DNA of 64,000 bases. Source: Chromatiales bacterium (lineage in GTDB: Bacteria > Pseudomonadota > Gammaproteobacteria > RBG-16-57-12). Within the stretch, counting starts at the first letter, position 1. Each line of letters starts with the position of its first letter. The position numbers and the translations under genes were made by a program. Shown here piece by piece: positions 12,903 through 22,134 of this stretch. Below the pieces are notes generated by a model that was not told the DNA's origin, made no database searches, and worked only from the letters and a program-made list of their open reading frames with translations. The stretch covers positions 33,401 through 97,400 of the forward strand of contig JALSJH010000009.1 in NCBI GenBank assembly GCA_026989455.1. Reading direction: 5' to 3'.

Positions 12903-13148
12903 ATGAAAATTAAAGCCAGTTCCATTCCGATAGAGTTATTGAATCGTATCAAAAATCCAGACCCGATCGCAGGTGAAGATATTTTGATTGAAAATGATGA
13001 CGGGTCATTATTAGGTGTTATTTTGCAGCCAAAGGCATATGAGTTCTTTCTTGAGAAAATTGAAGAGAGAGAAGATGCGTTGGATAGTTCATTAAATGAG
13101 CCTTACGATAAAAACTCCAAAACTTTAGATGACCTGTTAGGAGAATAA
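12903..13148 (+). CDS. Putative Phd/YefM-like antitoxin
   Basis: 81 aa, acidic. GEDILIENDDGSLLGVILQPKAYEFFLEKIEERED resembles the Phd/YefM beta-strand/helix pattern. AGAGGA RBS; upstream of a RelE gene. Confidence 0.6.
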   Translation: MKIKASSIPIELLNRIKNPDPIAGEDILIENDDGSLLGVILQPKAYEFFLEKIEEREDALDSSLNEPYDKNSKTLDDLLGE

Positions 13149-13151
13149 AAT

Positions 13152-13298
13152 ATGAATGGCCATGAAAATCAAAAAGAGACAGAGGAAGAAAAAGAAAAAA
13201 GAATGAACCAGGAAGCGACAATGGAGAAGTTGAAAACGCCTAACCATAACATCAAACAACTAAAAACATTGGAAGAGCTTTTAAGGGAGAAGCGTTGA
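13152..13298 (+). CDS. Small charged protein (48 aa), possible second antitoxin or antitoxin-tail duplicate; not in the ORF track
   Basis: MNGHENQKETEEEKEKRMNQEATMEKLKTPNHNIKQLKTLEELLREKR*. AGGAGA RBS lies in the end of the upstream ORF; its TGA overlaps the RelE ATG (TGATG). Confidence 0.6.
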   Translation: MNGHENQKETEEEKEKRMNQEATMEKLKTPNHNIKQLKTLEELLREKR

Positions 13299-13552
13299 TG
13301 TATACAGTTCGTTTTTCAAAAAAGGCTGAGAAAGCTCTTAATAAAATAGATCATGTTATGAAGCGTCGAGTTTTACAGAAAATAGAAAATATTACAGCTA
13401 GCCCAAAAAACGGGCCAAATATTAAAAAAATACAAGGGTTTTATGATCGCTATCGTTACAGAATAGGTGATTTCAGAGTGATCTATGAGGTCATCGATTC
13501 TGACTTAGTGGTATGGGTATTGGAATCTGACTGGCGTGGCAACATTTACTAA
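13298..13552 (+). CDS. RelE/StbE-family type II toxin
   Basis: MYTVRFSKKAEKAL...IKKIQG..DRYRYRIGDFRVIYEV...RGNIY is a classic RelE pattern; basic, 84 aa. Confidence 0.88.
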   Translation: MYTVRFSKKAEKALNKIDHVMKRRVLQKIENITASPKNGPNIKKIQGFYDRYRYRIGDFRVIYEVIDSDLVVWVLESDWRGNIY

Positions 13553-13655
13553 CCATTTACACCGGTTTTTTTGTGAAATTCACATGTTGAATTAATATCT
13601 TACAAGATATTTTCGCGTATTTATGAGCTATCTGAGTTAATTTGAGTAACAAACA

Positions 13656-14591
13656 ATGAAAGTCATTCTCGCTAACCCTCGCGGCTTCTGTGCTGGTGTT
13701 GACCGTGCTATCGAAATTGTCGAAAAGGCGTTGGAGATCTATGGGGCTCCCACCTATGTGCGCCACGAAGTGGTGCATAATCGTTTTGTGGTTGAGAGTC
13801 TGAAGGCGAAAGGGGCGATCTTTGTTCAGGAGGTGGATCAGGTGCCGGATGACAATCTGGTGATCTTCTCAGCCCACGGTGTTTCGCAACAGGTACGCAA
13901 AGAGGCGAAGCAGCGTGGTTTGCGGATCTTGGATGCCACCTGTCCGCTGGTTACCAAAGTGCACTTAGAGGTGATGCGATACGCCAAAGATAAACGGGAT
14001 GTGGTGTTGATTGGCCATGCCGGTCACCCGGAAGTTGAAGGCACCATGGGTCAATATAAGGGCGCTGGAGAGATGTACTTGGTGGAGACCCCGGAGGATG
14101 TTGCTAAGCTTAAAGTGGCAGACGGTGAAAACCTTGCCTTTGTTACTCAGACCACACTCTCCATGGATGATGCCATGGTGGTGATTGAGGCGCTGCGCCA
14201 GCATTTTCCGACAATTATTGGCCCGAAAAAAGATGATGTCTGTTATGCCACCCAGAATCGTCAGGATGCGGTGAAGCGTCTGGCAAAAAACTGTGACCTG
14301 GTGCTGGTAGTCGGCTCACCCAATAGCTCTAATTCAAACCGCTTGCGGGAAGTGGCCGAGCGCCACGGAATTTCTGCCTACCTGATCGATAACGCAGATG
14401 AAATTGATGCCCGCTGGTTGGAAGGCAAGCTGTGTGTGGGGGTCACCGCAGGTGCATCGGCTCCTGAGGTGTTGGTGGTGGCGGTTATCGATAAACTGAA
14501 GAGCCTGGGTGCAACGTCGGTGAAAAGTGACAATGGCGAGCCAGAGACGATTGAGTTTCCCATTCCCAGGGAACTCACCGCGAGAGGTTAA
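13656..14591 (+). CDS. ispH: 4-hydroxy-3-methylbut-2-enyl diphosphate reductase
   Basis: [31 protein letters not shown] and SSNSNRL motifs. Confidence 0.97.
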   Translation: MKVILANPRGFCAGVDRAIEIVEKALEIYGAPTYVRHEVVHNRFVVESLKAKGAIFVQEVDQVPDDNLVIFSAHGVSQQVRKEAKQRGLRILDATCPLVTKVHLEVMRYAKDKRDVVLIGHAGHPEVEGTMGQYKGAGEMYLVETPEDVAKLKVADGENLAFVTQTTLSMDDAMVVIEALRQHFPTIIGPKKDDVCYATQNRQDAVKRLAKNCDLVLVVGSPNSSNSNRLREVAERHGISAYLIDNADEIDARWLEGKLCVGVTAGASAPEVLVVAVIDKLKSLGATSVKSDNGEPETIEFPIPRELTARG

Positions 14592-14598
14592 ATCGCAC

Positions 14599-14762
14599 TA
14601 AGGAATCTCGGATTAAGTCTGGATGAATTTAGGCTGAGAGGAAATTGCTCTCATTAGTTCCGAAATGCGTAGTAATAGCTGTTCTATTGGTGCAATTTTC
14701 GGGACTAATGAGGGCGATTTCAGCCAGCATAAAATATTCATGACTTGATCAGAGCTTCCTTA
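14599..14762. mobile_element. MITE-like hairpin element B, copy 1
   Basis: Imperfect TIRs TAAGGAATCTCGGATTAAGTC / GACTTGATCAGAGCTTCCTTA. 14601-14760 aligns ungapped with 38321-38480 (15 differences in 160 nt by hand). Confidence 0.85.
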
Positions 14763-14766
14763 AAGG

Positions 14767-15219
14767 TCATGGATCGATTAACCGGGCACTCTCCATAAAC
14801 GAGGATGAGCTGATCTGGGTGACGAGTTGAATAGAGGTATTCTCGCTCACACCACCTGTGGCAGAGGTGTAATCATCCCACTCTACGGTCACCTCAATAG
14901 TGGCTCCTGTACCACTTCTGGTGATTTCCCAAGTCCGCATATAGTGCTCATTGATACCCGCCTGCACCGCCCCGTTAATCGTATCTGACCCACCTGCTAG
15001 AAGTGCGAAGTCGTGACTTCTCAAACGCTCTATTTTATCCTGAGCCAGATTGATTGCGATGGTTCTGTTTTTGGCCAGCGCGCTGCTTTGTATCAGCTGA
15101 CCCTGGAACTTAGCCATGGCCATTAAGCCGGTAGAGAGAATCACCAGTGTGATCAATACCTCAAGCAGTGAAAAGCCTTGTTTTTTATGGTGACTGCTAG
15201 TGAGTAAACTTATCGACAT
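14767..15219 (-). CDS. Type IV minor pilin, PilV/PpdC-like
   Basis: Prepilin motif KKQG|FSLLEVLITLVILSTGLMAM. Probable start ATG 15219. Confidence 0.8.
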   Translation of the reverse strand: MSISLLTSSHHKKQGFSLLEVLITLVILSTGLMAMAKFQGQLIQSSALAKNRTIAINLAQDKIERLRSHDFALLAGGSDTINGAVQAGINEHYMRTWEITRSGTGATIEVTVEWDDYTSATGGVSENTSIQLVTQISSSSFMESARLIDP

Positions 15220-15233
15220 GCCAGACCCCGGGT

Positions 15234-16304
15234 TTAAAAGTCGCGCCAACCACCGGCAACTCGAGCAACCGGACCGACGGCCTTGCCCACATTGTTCAAA
15301 ATAGCAGGCTTATAGTGGATGCAGAGCACCTCATTCGCTAAAAAATCACCTTCAACAACCATCGCACCATTGATTGTAGCCGCGCCTCCATCTGTATGGA
15401 AGTTGCCAGAGGTGTAGATGAGCCCATTGTAAACAGCATTTCCTGCCATGGTGAGGTCGCCATCAACAACCATTAAAATAGGTTTGCCAGCGGTGCCAAG
15501 CACGCCGTTTCCCGCTATTCTAATATCACCCTCAAACCACGCAATACCACCCGCTGTATCGATGAAATACCCCGCACTACAGTGACTACAGGCAATCTTA
15601 GTAGCCATCTCTTTGAGTTCGGTTTTGCTCATCTTGAAGGTGCTGTTAAAGAGTGACTCTGGGCTTGTGGATCTGTTTTGTGCAGAGAGTGTAATGCGGC
15701 TGTTTTTGCAGTCGGGTTCACTGGCAGGGAGAGATGTTTCCAGGGTGGTTTTTGTGGTTGAAATAGCCTCACTATTATTGGCTTGGCGCAACTTTGGTAG
15801 CGTAACATTGCCCCCAGTGATGAGTCCTTCGCTGGGTACATTCATCGCCAGTGGTAGTAGTTGAATGGTTTGGCTGATGGTTTTTGTGCTGCTGTTGTCA
15901 TCAGACTGGCCAGTGGCGGTGATAACGATCAGCTGAGTGTCGTGTTGAATAGGGTTTGAGTAGCTTATGTGGTAACTGGCGTTATTGGAAAGCACTACGC
16001 TGGGCTGAATCAGCTTATTGCTGTCGATAAACCCATCCGCATCACTCACCTCATTACCATCCGCAAGCAGAGTTCTGTTGGCAACGGTTTGCAGTTCAGT
16101 GATCGCAGCCTCCAATCCGGCCTGAGCAGCTTCATAGGCAAGTTTGCTACGATAATCATTAGCCGCTATTTGAGTCTCTATCACTGTGTTTTGTGCGGCG
16201 TAGAGCGTCATCATGGTGATGGAGAATAGCAGAATAAGGGAGATCATCAGTGTGGCGACGCCCCGTTGTTTTTGTGCGCTCTGTTGCTGTTTCAAAAACA
16301 TCAT
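15234..16304 (-). CDS. Type IV minor pilin, PilX-like
   Basis: KQRG|VATLMISLILL lacking Glu5 (typical of PilX), AYEAAQAGLE, and a Gly-rich repetitive C-terminus. Confidence 0.8.
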   Translation of the reverse strand: MMFLKQQQSAQKQRGVATLMISLILLFSITMMTLYAAQNTVIETQIAANDYRSKLAYEAAQAGLEAAITELQTVANRTLLADGNEVSDADGFIDSNKLIQPSVVLSNNASYHISYSNPIQHDTQLIVITATGQSDDNSSTKTISQTIQLLPLAMNVPSEGLITGGNVTLPKLRQANNSEAISTTKTTLETSLPASEPDCKNSRITLSAQNRSTSPESLFNSTFKMSKTELKEMATKIACSHCSAGYFIDTAGGIAWFEGDIRIAGNGVLGTAGKPILMVVDGDLTMAGNAVYNGLIYTSGNFHTDGGAATINGAMVVEGDFLANEVLCIHYKPAILNNVGKAVGPVARVAGGWRDF

Positions 16305-17032
16305 ATGCCAACCTCACAGGCTACGCCTGGGCAATAGCGGTGGTTAGCGATATGGGTGGTGTTTTGCAGGGTGGATGAAACAGTGGGGTCATTGGCGAGT
16401 TGGCCGCTGAGGGTGATGGTAATGACTCGAATAGAGAGTACGCCATTGGCCGTTGCTACAGTGCGACTGCTTGTAGCATCGAACGATAGCTGGGTTATGT
16501 TGCTCATAAGCGGGTTGCTTAAGCGCCGCCAGCCACCCGCTGCGCAGCCTGCACCGGAAAAGCGCCGGGCAATGAAGCCAATACCATCATCGCTGATATG
16601 GCGTTTGTAACCGTAGTTTTCGCTGGTCTGAACAATCCCATCAGGTGTTGCTGGGTTAGCGCCATTTTCATAATCATAGCTAAACAGAACGCAGTCGTTG
16701 GCTTGCAGGTTGCGGCCTATTTCGATCGGTGAAAAAGGATTGATCTGATGGGTGCAACCGGCACTCACTGCGGCAGTGGCTGAGAGGTTTCTTGCTGCCA
16801 AGGTGCAGTGTGCATCGCGGAAGTAACCGGCACGACGAAGGTCGCTGCTGATCAACTCCATGATGCTTCGCATCTCCTGGTGGAGTCGGGTGGTTTGTAG
16901 CGCGGAGCGGTTGGTGGCCACACTGTTTACAAACAGTGTGATAATGGTGCTGATTACCGTGAGCCCTAGCAGCATGGCAATCATCAGCTCAACTAGGGTA
17001 ACGCCCCGCTGGTTTTTAAGGGTGATAAGCAT
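16301..17032 (-). CDS. Type IV minor pilin, PilW/PpdB-like
   Basis: NQRG|VTLVELMIAMLLGL and DLRRAGY motifs. Start ATG 17032 with AAGGAG RBS. Confidence 0.82.
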   Translation of the reverse strand: MLITLKNQRGVTLVELMIAMLLGLTVISTIITLFVNSVATNRSALQTTRLHQEMRSIMELISSDLRRAGYFRDAHCTLAARNLSATAAVSAGCTHQINPFSPIEIGRNLQANDCVLFSYDYENGANPATPDGIVQTSENYGYKRHISDDGIGFIARRFSGAGCAAGGWRRLSNPLMSNITQLSFDATSSRTVATANGVLSIRVITITLSGQLANDPTVSSTLQNTTHIANHRYCPGVACEVGI

Positions 17033-17078
17033 GGGTAATCCTCCTTGATTACTCACTATTTGCATCCATGCAAAGTAG
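17033..17078 (-). promoter_or_regulatory. Two tandem CsrA/RsmA-type CANGGANG hairpins on the pilW leader
   Basis: Minus strand ctactttgCATGGATGcaaatag and gagtaatCAAGGAGGattaccc; the second loop is the SD sequence. Confidence 0.6.
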
Positions 17079-17167
17079 ATTAGATAATTCAATCCACAGC
17101 TAAGAATAGAACATATTTCCCCTGGTGACTCAAGTTTCAATATCGGGACAGATAGGAGACGTCCATT

Positions 17168-17653
17168 TTATTGCTTGATCAGATCAGGGAAGCCGAGGGC
17201 ATCGACGACTATTTGGTAGGTTATTCCATTATTTGTGAGCCGATAGCGGCCAGCGCGAGTGCCTCCCCGGGTGCCCGAAAATGTAACCGAGTGATTGGCA
17301 AATGTTGAGCTGAGTTGGACGTTTTTGAAGTGGCTGCTGTGGGTGACTCTGCTGGGGATGTTGTCTATGCGGCACTGTTCAGCGACAGTGCAGTCGCAAC
17401 GACCACTATCTGATTGCGCGTAACACCAGGATTTATCTTCGGAGATAGTGGCAGAAAGTGTGATGCGGGTATGGCGTTTAATCGCCTCACTGCGGGTCAG
17501 TTGTAACGCGGCATAAAAACGCTCTGCCGCCCCTTGAAGGCGCTGTTTGTCGATGATGTTGCTAAAGGCCGGAGCCGATACAGAGGCAATAATCGCAATA
17601 ATGCCGATCGTTATTAGCAGCTCAGCCAGCGTGACTCCATGCTCTTTGTTCAT
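17168..17653 (-). CDS. Type IV minor pilin, FimT/GspH-like
   Basis: EHG|VTLAELLITIGIIAII and LQLTRSEAIKR motifs. Confidence 0.82.
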   Translation of the reverse strand: MNKEHGVTLAELLITIGIIAIIASVSAPAFSNIIDKQRLQGAAERFYAALQLTRSEAIKRHTRITLSATISEDKSWCYAQSDSGRCDCTVAEQCRIDNIPSRVTHSSHFKNVQLSSTFANHSVTFSGTRGGTRAGRYRLTNNGITYQIVVDALGFPDLIKQ

Positions 17654-17807
17654 CGTTTGCCTCCCTGGCGATGTGACTCGATTATAATAGTACAGAAATA
17701 TTGCGCTGTAATGCTCAAGTATTATTCTACTTTTGTCGATTACGGTAGTTAGTCCACCTGTTGCTTGTTATTGAGTAATGTTAATGCTGTTTTATCGGGG
17801 AGTGTTT

Positions 17808-18221
17808 ATGCGAAGTGTTCAAAATCAGCAGGGGTTTACGTTGATTGAATTGATGGTTTCGGTGGCGATTGTGGCGATCATTGCATCCATTGCTTACCCC
17901 GCTTATACCGACTCGGTGTTAAGGTCTGGGCGGGCGGATGCGACCACCGCACTACTTCAGTTACAGATGGATCAAGAGAAACATCGGGCTAATAACCCAA
18001 CTTACGCGACGGCGGTCACCGGTGGCGGAGAACTTGGGTTGAGCTGGTCAAGTGATGTCACTGCAAAAGGTTATTATACCCTTGCCATCGCTGCCGCTGA
18101 TGCCGCCACATTTACCGCAACGGCTACGGTCGTTACCGGAACCCGTCAGGAGGCGGATACCGCCTGTGAAATCATTACGATTGATCAGGATGGAGCCGCA
18201 GGGGATCTGGATTGCTGGTAG
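17808..18221 (+). CDS. Type IV minor pilin, PilE-like
   Basis: QQG|[28 protein letters not shown] motif, C-terminal C...CW. Confidence 0.85.
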   Translation: MRSVQNQQGFTLIELMVSVAIVAIIASIAYPAYTDSVLRSGRADATTALLQLQMDQEKHRANNPTYATAVTGGGELGLSWSSDVTAKGYYTLAIAAADAATFTATATVVTGTRQEADTACEIITIDQDGAAGDLDCW

Positions 18222-18882
18222 CAAGGGTTGCTTCTGTTCTCTTGCGCTTGCTTTGATCCAGCCAGTTTTTTGCCGCAATTAATAGCCCCAGACCAATAAA
18301 GGCACCTGGGGGGAGAATTGCCAGCAAAAATCCTTGGTAGTCATCAAACAGGGTGATGGTGAGCCAGGCAGCCCCACTACCAAACATTAAATGAGCCTGA
18401 TCAAAGAGCGTGCCTTGCCCCAGCAACTCCCGCAGTGCCCCCAATACCACCAGTACTGCCATAAAGCCCAAGCCCATCATTAAACCGTCCCAGAGTGCAT
18501 AGCCGGGGCTGTTTTTAGAGGCGAATGCTTCTGCGCGGGCGATGATTGCGCAGTTGGTGACGATGAGCGGGATAAAGATGCCGAGTATTTTGTGTAGATC
18601 GTGCATGAAGGCACTCATCAGCAGATCGATTGCGGTGACAAATGAGGCGATGATCATGACAAAAACCGGCACCCGCACTTCAGGCCTAACCCAGTAACGA
18701 ATCAGCGAGACGGTGAGGTTGGAGCAGAGCAGCACCAGCAAGGTCGCCAAACCCAGGCCGAGTCCGTTGATGGTGTTATTGCTCACCGCCAGCAGCGGGC
18801 AGAGCCCCAGCAGTTGAACAAAGGCGACATTGTTTTGCCATAATCCTTGTTCGGCAATATCCCGATAGCTGGTGTTACTCAC
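18175..18882 (-). CDS. rnfE: Rnf/Rsx complex subunit E
   Basis: [20 protein letters not shown] and ILPPGAF motifs. Confidence 0.95.
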   Translation of the reverse strand: MSNTSYRDIAEQGLWQNNVAFVQLLGLCPLLAVSNNTINGLGLGLATLLVLLCSNLTVSLIRYWVRPEVRVPVFVMIIASFVTAIDLLMSAFMHDLHKILGIFIPLIVTNCAIIARAEAFASKNSPGYALWDGLMMGLGFMAVLVVLGALRELLGQGTLFDQAHLMFGSGAAWLTITLFDDYQGFLLAILPPGAFIGLGLLIAAKNWLDQSKRKRTEATLATSNPDPLRLHPDQS

Positions 18883-19522
18883 GGCTCTCTACCTCGCGGG
18901 GCATGGATGGGGTGTTGAAAATCATCTCTCGGTGTTGCTGGAAATACTTTAGCGTATGGTGAACCGCCTTCACGATGGCGCGAGGGGTAATGGTGGCACC
19001 GGTGAACTGATCAAAAACCCCGCCATCCTTTTCTACCCGCCACTGTTCACTGCTTAGCGTGGAGAGCGAGTGGTTGTTAAAACTCAAAATCCAGTCAGAA
19101 CGCTGAGCCTCAATATCATCACCCAGTCCGGGGGTCTCATGGTGTTGAAGAACCCGCACACCTGCCAAACTGCCATCGTAGTTGATCGCCACCAGCAGCT
19201 TGATCGCCCCGCCGTAGCCATTGGGTGCAATAGAGGTGAACAGTGCGGCAACTGGCTCTCCTGATTTGCGGGCACGGTATACTCGAGTGGGTTTGTGGCT
19301 ACCGAGCAGCGCTTTATCGGTGACCTCGATCACATCATGATAGAGGTCGTTGTCGCACCGCTCATGTGGAACCAGCTCATGCAGGCTGCGCAGCAGTGCT
19401 TCGCGGTGTGCTTGTTCGATTCGCTCTTCAGTCGCTTCGTAAGTCACCGCAACCAAGGTGCTGCCAATAATCGCAAATCCGCCAAGAATCGCGCCGGTAA
19501 TGAGTATCTGCCTCACGATCAT
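18875..19522 (-). CDS. rnfG: Rnf/Rsx complex subunit G
   Basis: HETPGLG and the FMN-attachment motif FTGATIT. Confidence 0.95.
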   Translation of the reverse strand: MIVRQILITGAILGGFAIIGSTLVAVTYEATEERIEQAHREALLRSLHELVPHERCDNDLYHDVIEVTDKALLGSHKPTRVYRARKSGEPVAALFTSIAPNGYGGAIKLLVAINYDGSLAGVRVLQHHETPGLGDDIEAQRSDWILSFNNHSLSTLSSEQWRVEKDGGVFDQFTGATITPRAIVKAVHHTLKYFQQHREMIFNTPSMPREVESRE

Positions 19523-20559
19523 GAGTTTCGACCCCTGCCAAATACTCTAGGTTGGGTGTAGTAGTCGAGGGTAGGTGCCAGCATGTTCATCAACAATACT
19601 GCAAAGGCAACACCCTCCGGGTAGCCTCCCCAGCTGCGAATAATGTAAACCAATATGCCGATGCCGATGCCAAAGAGGATGCGGCCCCGATTGGTGGTAC
19701 TGGCAGTAACCGGGTCGGTGGCGATAAAAAATGCCCCCAGCATTGCGCCGCCACTGAGCAGGTGAAAGAGTGGGCTGGCGTAGCGCTCAGAGTCGATGAG
19801 CCAGAACACGCCCGCAATTAAGGCAAGGCTGGCAAGCATCGCCACAGGTATGTGCCAGTGAATCACTTTTTTGTAGATTAACCAGCAGCCGCCCACCAAA
19901 AAGGCGAGATTGATCCACTCCCAGCCTGATCCGGCCAGTTGCCCAAAAATTGTGTTGTCATGGATGATCTCGCTGATGACGTGGTTCTGTGTTAGCTGGG
20001 TTTTGAGGTGATCAAGGGGGGTTGCCATCGAGATGGCATCCGGGTTAATGCCGTTGGCTAATGTCCCCGTTAGAGTCGCCGAGAGTGCTCCAACGAAGCT
20101 GATGCTCTCTCCGCTGATGGCTTCGGGTGGCAACCAGGTGGTCACCTCGCGGGGAAAAGAGATTAGCACCACCACATAGCCAATCATCGCTGGGTTGAAG
20201 GGGTTGAAACCCAAGCCACCATAAAGGTGCTTGGCAAATACGATGGCAAAAAAAACAGCGACGACTAATAGCCACCAGGGAGCCAGTGGTGGCAAGGCCA
20301 GTGCCAGTAAAACGGCGGTTAAAACCGCGCTGAAATCACCCAGATTAGACCCCAGTGGTCGTTTGCGCAGCCGTAACGCGATGGCTTCGAATGTGAGTGC
20401 CGCCAGTACCGCAATGAGGATGTTGACAATAATGCCCCAGCCGAAAAAAACAACATAGAGGGTAATCGCCGGAAGCAGTGCCCACAATACGCGTTGCATC
20501 AGTTGGCTTAGCTGATCACCTGAATGAATATGGGGCGAGCTGGGTGTGTTGAGCTGCAT
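19519..20559 (-). CDS. rnfD: Rnf/Rsx complex subunit D
   Basis: KHLYGGLGFNPFNPAM, ATPL and FFIATDPVT motifs. Confidence 0.95.
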   Translation of the reverse strand: MQLNTPSSPHIHSGDQLSQLMQRVLWALLPAITLYVVFFGWGIIVNILIAVLAALTFEAIALRLRKRPLGSNLGDFSAVLTAVLLALALPPLAPWWLLVVAVFFAIVFAKHLYGGLGFNPFNPAMIGYVVVLISFPREVTTWLPPEAISGESISFVGALSATLTGTLANGINPDAISMATPLDHLKTQLTQNHVISEIIHDNTIFGQLAGSGWEWINLAFLVGGCWLIYKKVIHWHIPVAMLASLALIAGVFWLIDSERYASPLFHLLSGGAMLGAFFIATDPVTASTTNRGRILFGIGIGILVYIIRSWGGYPEGVAFAVLLMNMLAPTLDYYTQPRVFGRGRNS

Positions 20560-22134
20560 TTAGGTATTTCCCCCGGATTCTGGTTTTTCGGGGCTGGCTT
20601 CTGCCGCCTGTTGTTTTTTTGCCTTGACCCGCGCCATAGCGTCTTCTATCGCCTGCTTTTTGTCACTGTTTTCACTGTTGTTGGCCGCCACCTTGGCGGC
20701 TTTTGCTTTGTGGCGGGCCTTTTTTTCAGCCTTTTCTCGTTCGATGCGGAGCTGGCGGAATTGATGGCGCTCTTTAGCCAGTTCAGCCTGCTTTTTCTCC
20801 TGCTCGGCTTGCCAGATTGAGGTCTTGGCAAAGCGGAAATACTGCACTAAGGGGATCTGGCTGGGGCAGACATAATCACAACAGCCACACTCGATGCAAT
20901 CAAATAGATTGTAGTCCTGCACTTTATCAAAATCTTTGGCGCGACTGTGCCAGTAGAGTTGTTGTGGTAACAGGTTAATCGGGCAGACATCGGCACAGCT
21001 TCCACAGCGAATACAGGCGTGGGCTTGCTGTTTGTCGAGCAGGGGCACGGTTTTTTTATCGGTTACCAGCAGGCAGTTACTGGTTTTTATCAGTGGTATT
21101 TCAACGGAGTTGAGGGAAAAGCCCATCATCGGGCCGCCGTGAATAATGCGCTCCACAGATGACTCTTCAACGCCCGCTTGAGCTAACAACTCAGCGGCAC
21201 TGATACCGAATGGAATCTCATAATTGGCAGGTTTTTTTAGAGCGCCGGTAACGGTGGTGATGCGGCTGATCAGCGGCTCCCCTAGGCAGATGGCGCGGTA
21301 TACGGCGGCGGCTGTCCCGACATTATGCACCACCACCCGTTTTTCGATAGGCAGCGCTTTGGGGGGGATCTCTTTGCCGGTTAATATTTTGATCAGCTGT
21401 TTTTCACCGCCGGTTGGATAGCGTGTGGGCACCTCGATGACCTCAACCTCAACCGCAAGTTCCTTTATGGCACCGCGCAGTGCAGCGGCGGCTTCGGGCT
21501 TATTATCTTCAATGCCGATAACGCAGTTTTTTGCGACCAGCGCATGTTTCATGATCATTAACCCTTTAATGATCTCTAAAGGGCGTTCCCTCATTAATAT
21601 ATCGTCACAGGTGATATAGGGCTCACACTCCGCGCCATTCAAAATAAGGGTTTCGACCACTCGGTCGTTGCCGAGAGTCAACTTTAGAAAGCTTGGGAAG
21701 CCAGCGCCGCCTAACCCGACCACTCCGGCGTTACGAATGTAATCACGGATCTGATCCGGTGAGTAGTCGTGACAATCACCCACTGGTTTGCGGTGGTCAC
21801 ACCAGGCATCGTTGCCATCGGTTTCAATGACGATGCAGGGCGCTTTTAACCCAGAGGGGTGAGGGATTGCATATTCGCCGATCTCAATAACCCTGCCTGA
21901 CGTGGGGGCGTGTACCGGCGCACTAATGAGGCTGGCCGCCTTGGCAATCATCTGCCCTTTGAGTACCGAGTCACCCACCTCAACAATGGGGGTTGAAGGG
22001 GTGCCAATATGTTGCTGTAGTGGCAGCGTCAGGCGTTGGGGCAGTGCCGCTTTCTGGATCGGCAGGCGGGTGCTCTGTTGTTTATGTTCAGGGAGTTTGA
22101 CTCCGCCCTTATATTGGAACAACTGGCGAATCAC
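20560..22134 (-). CDS. rnfC: Rnf/Rsx complex subunit C
   Basis: [19 protein letters not shown] and two 4Fe-4S motifs (CIRCGSC, CIECGCC). GTG start at 22134 overlaps the rnfB stop. Confidence 0.95.
   Translation of the reverse strand: MIRQLFQYKGGVKLPEHKQQSTRLPIQKAALPQRLTLPLQQHIGTPSTPIVEVGDSVLKGQMIAKAASLISAPVHAPTSGRVIEIGEYAIPHPSGLKAPCIVIETDGNDAWCDHRKPVGDCHDYSPDQIRDYIRNAGVVGLGGAGFPSFLKLTLGNDRVVETLILNGAECEPYITCDDILMRERPLEIIKGLMIMKHALVAKNCVIGIEDNKPEAAAALRGAIKELAVEVEVIEVPTRYPTGGEKQLIKILTGKEIPPKALPIEKRVVVHNVGTAAAVYRAICLGEPLISRITTVTGALKKPANYEIPFGISAAELLAQAGVEESSVERIIHGGPMMGFSLNSVEIPLIKTSNCLLVTDKKTVPLLDKQQAHACIRCGSCADVCPINLLPQQLYWHSRAKDFDKVQDYNLFDCIECGCCDYVCPSQIPLVQYFRFAKTSIWQAEQEKKQAELAKERHQFRQLRIEREKAEKKARHKAKAAKVAANNSENSDKKQAIEDAMARVKAKKQQAAEASPEKPESGGNT

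Noticed and set aside
12840-13655. Possible integron cassette (attC) flanking the TA module
   Set aside because: GTTAGCT and ACTAAC occur, but I could not find properly paired R''/L''/L'/R' boxes and there is no integrase in the window.
17033-17140. ORF-track N-terminal extensions (pilW from 17140; also rplU 3099, lspA 12064, rnfC 22215, rimP 27746)
   Set aside because: Downstream starts have better RBSs or stop/start overlaps and match the family N-termini.
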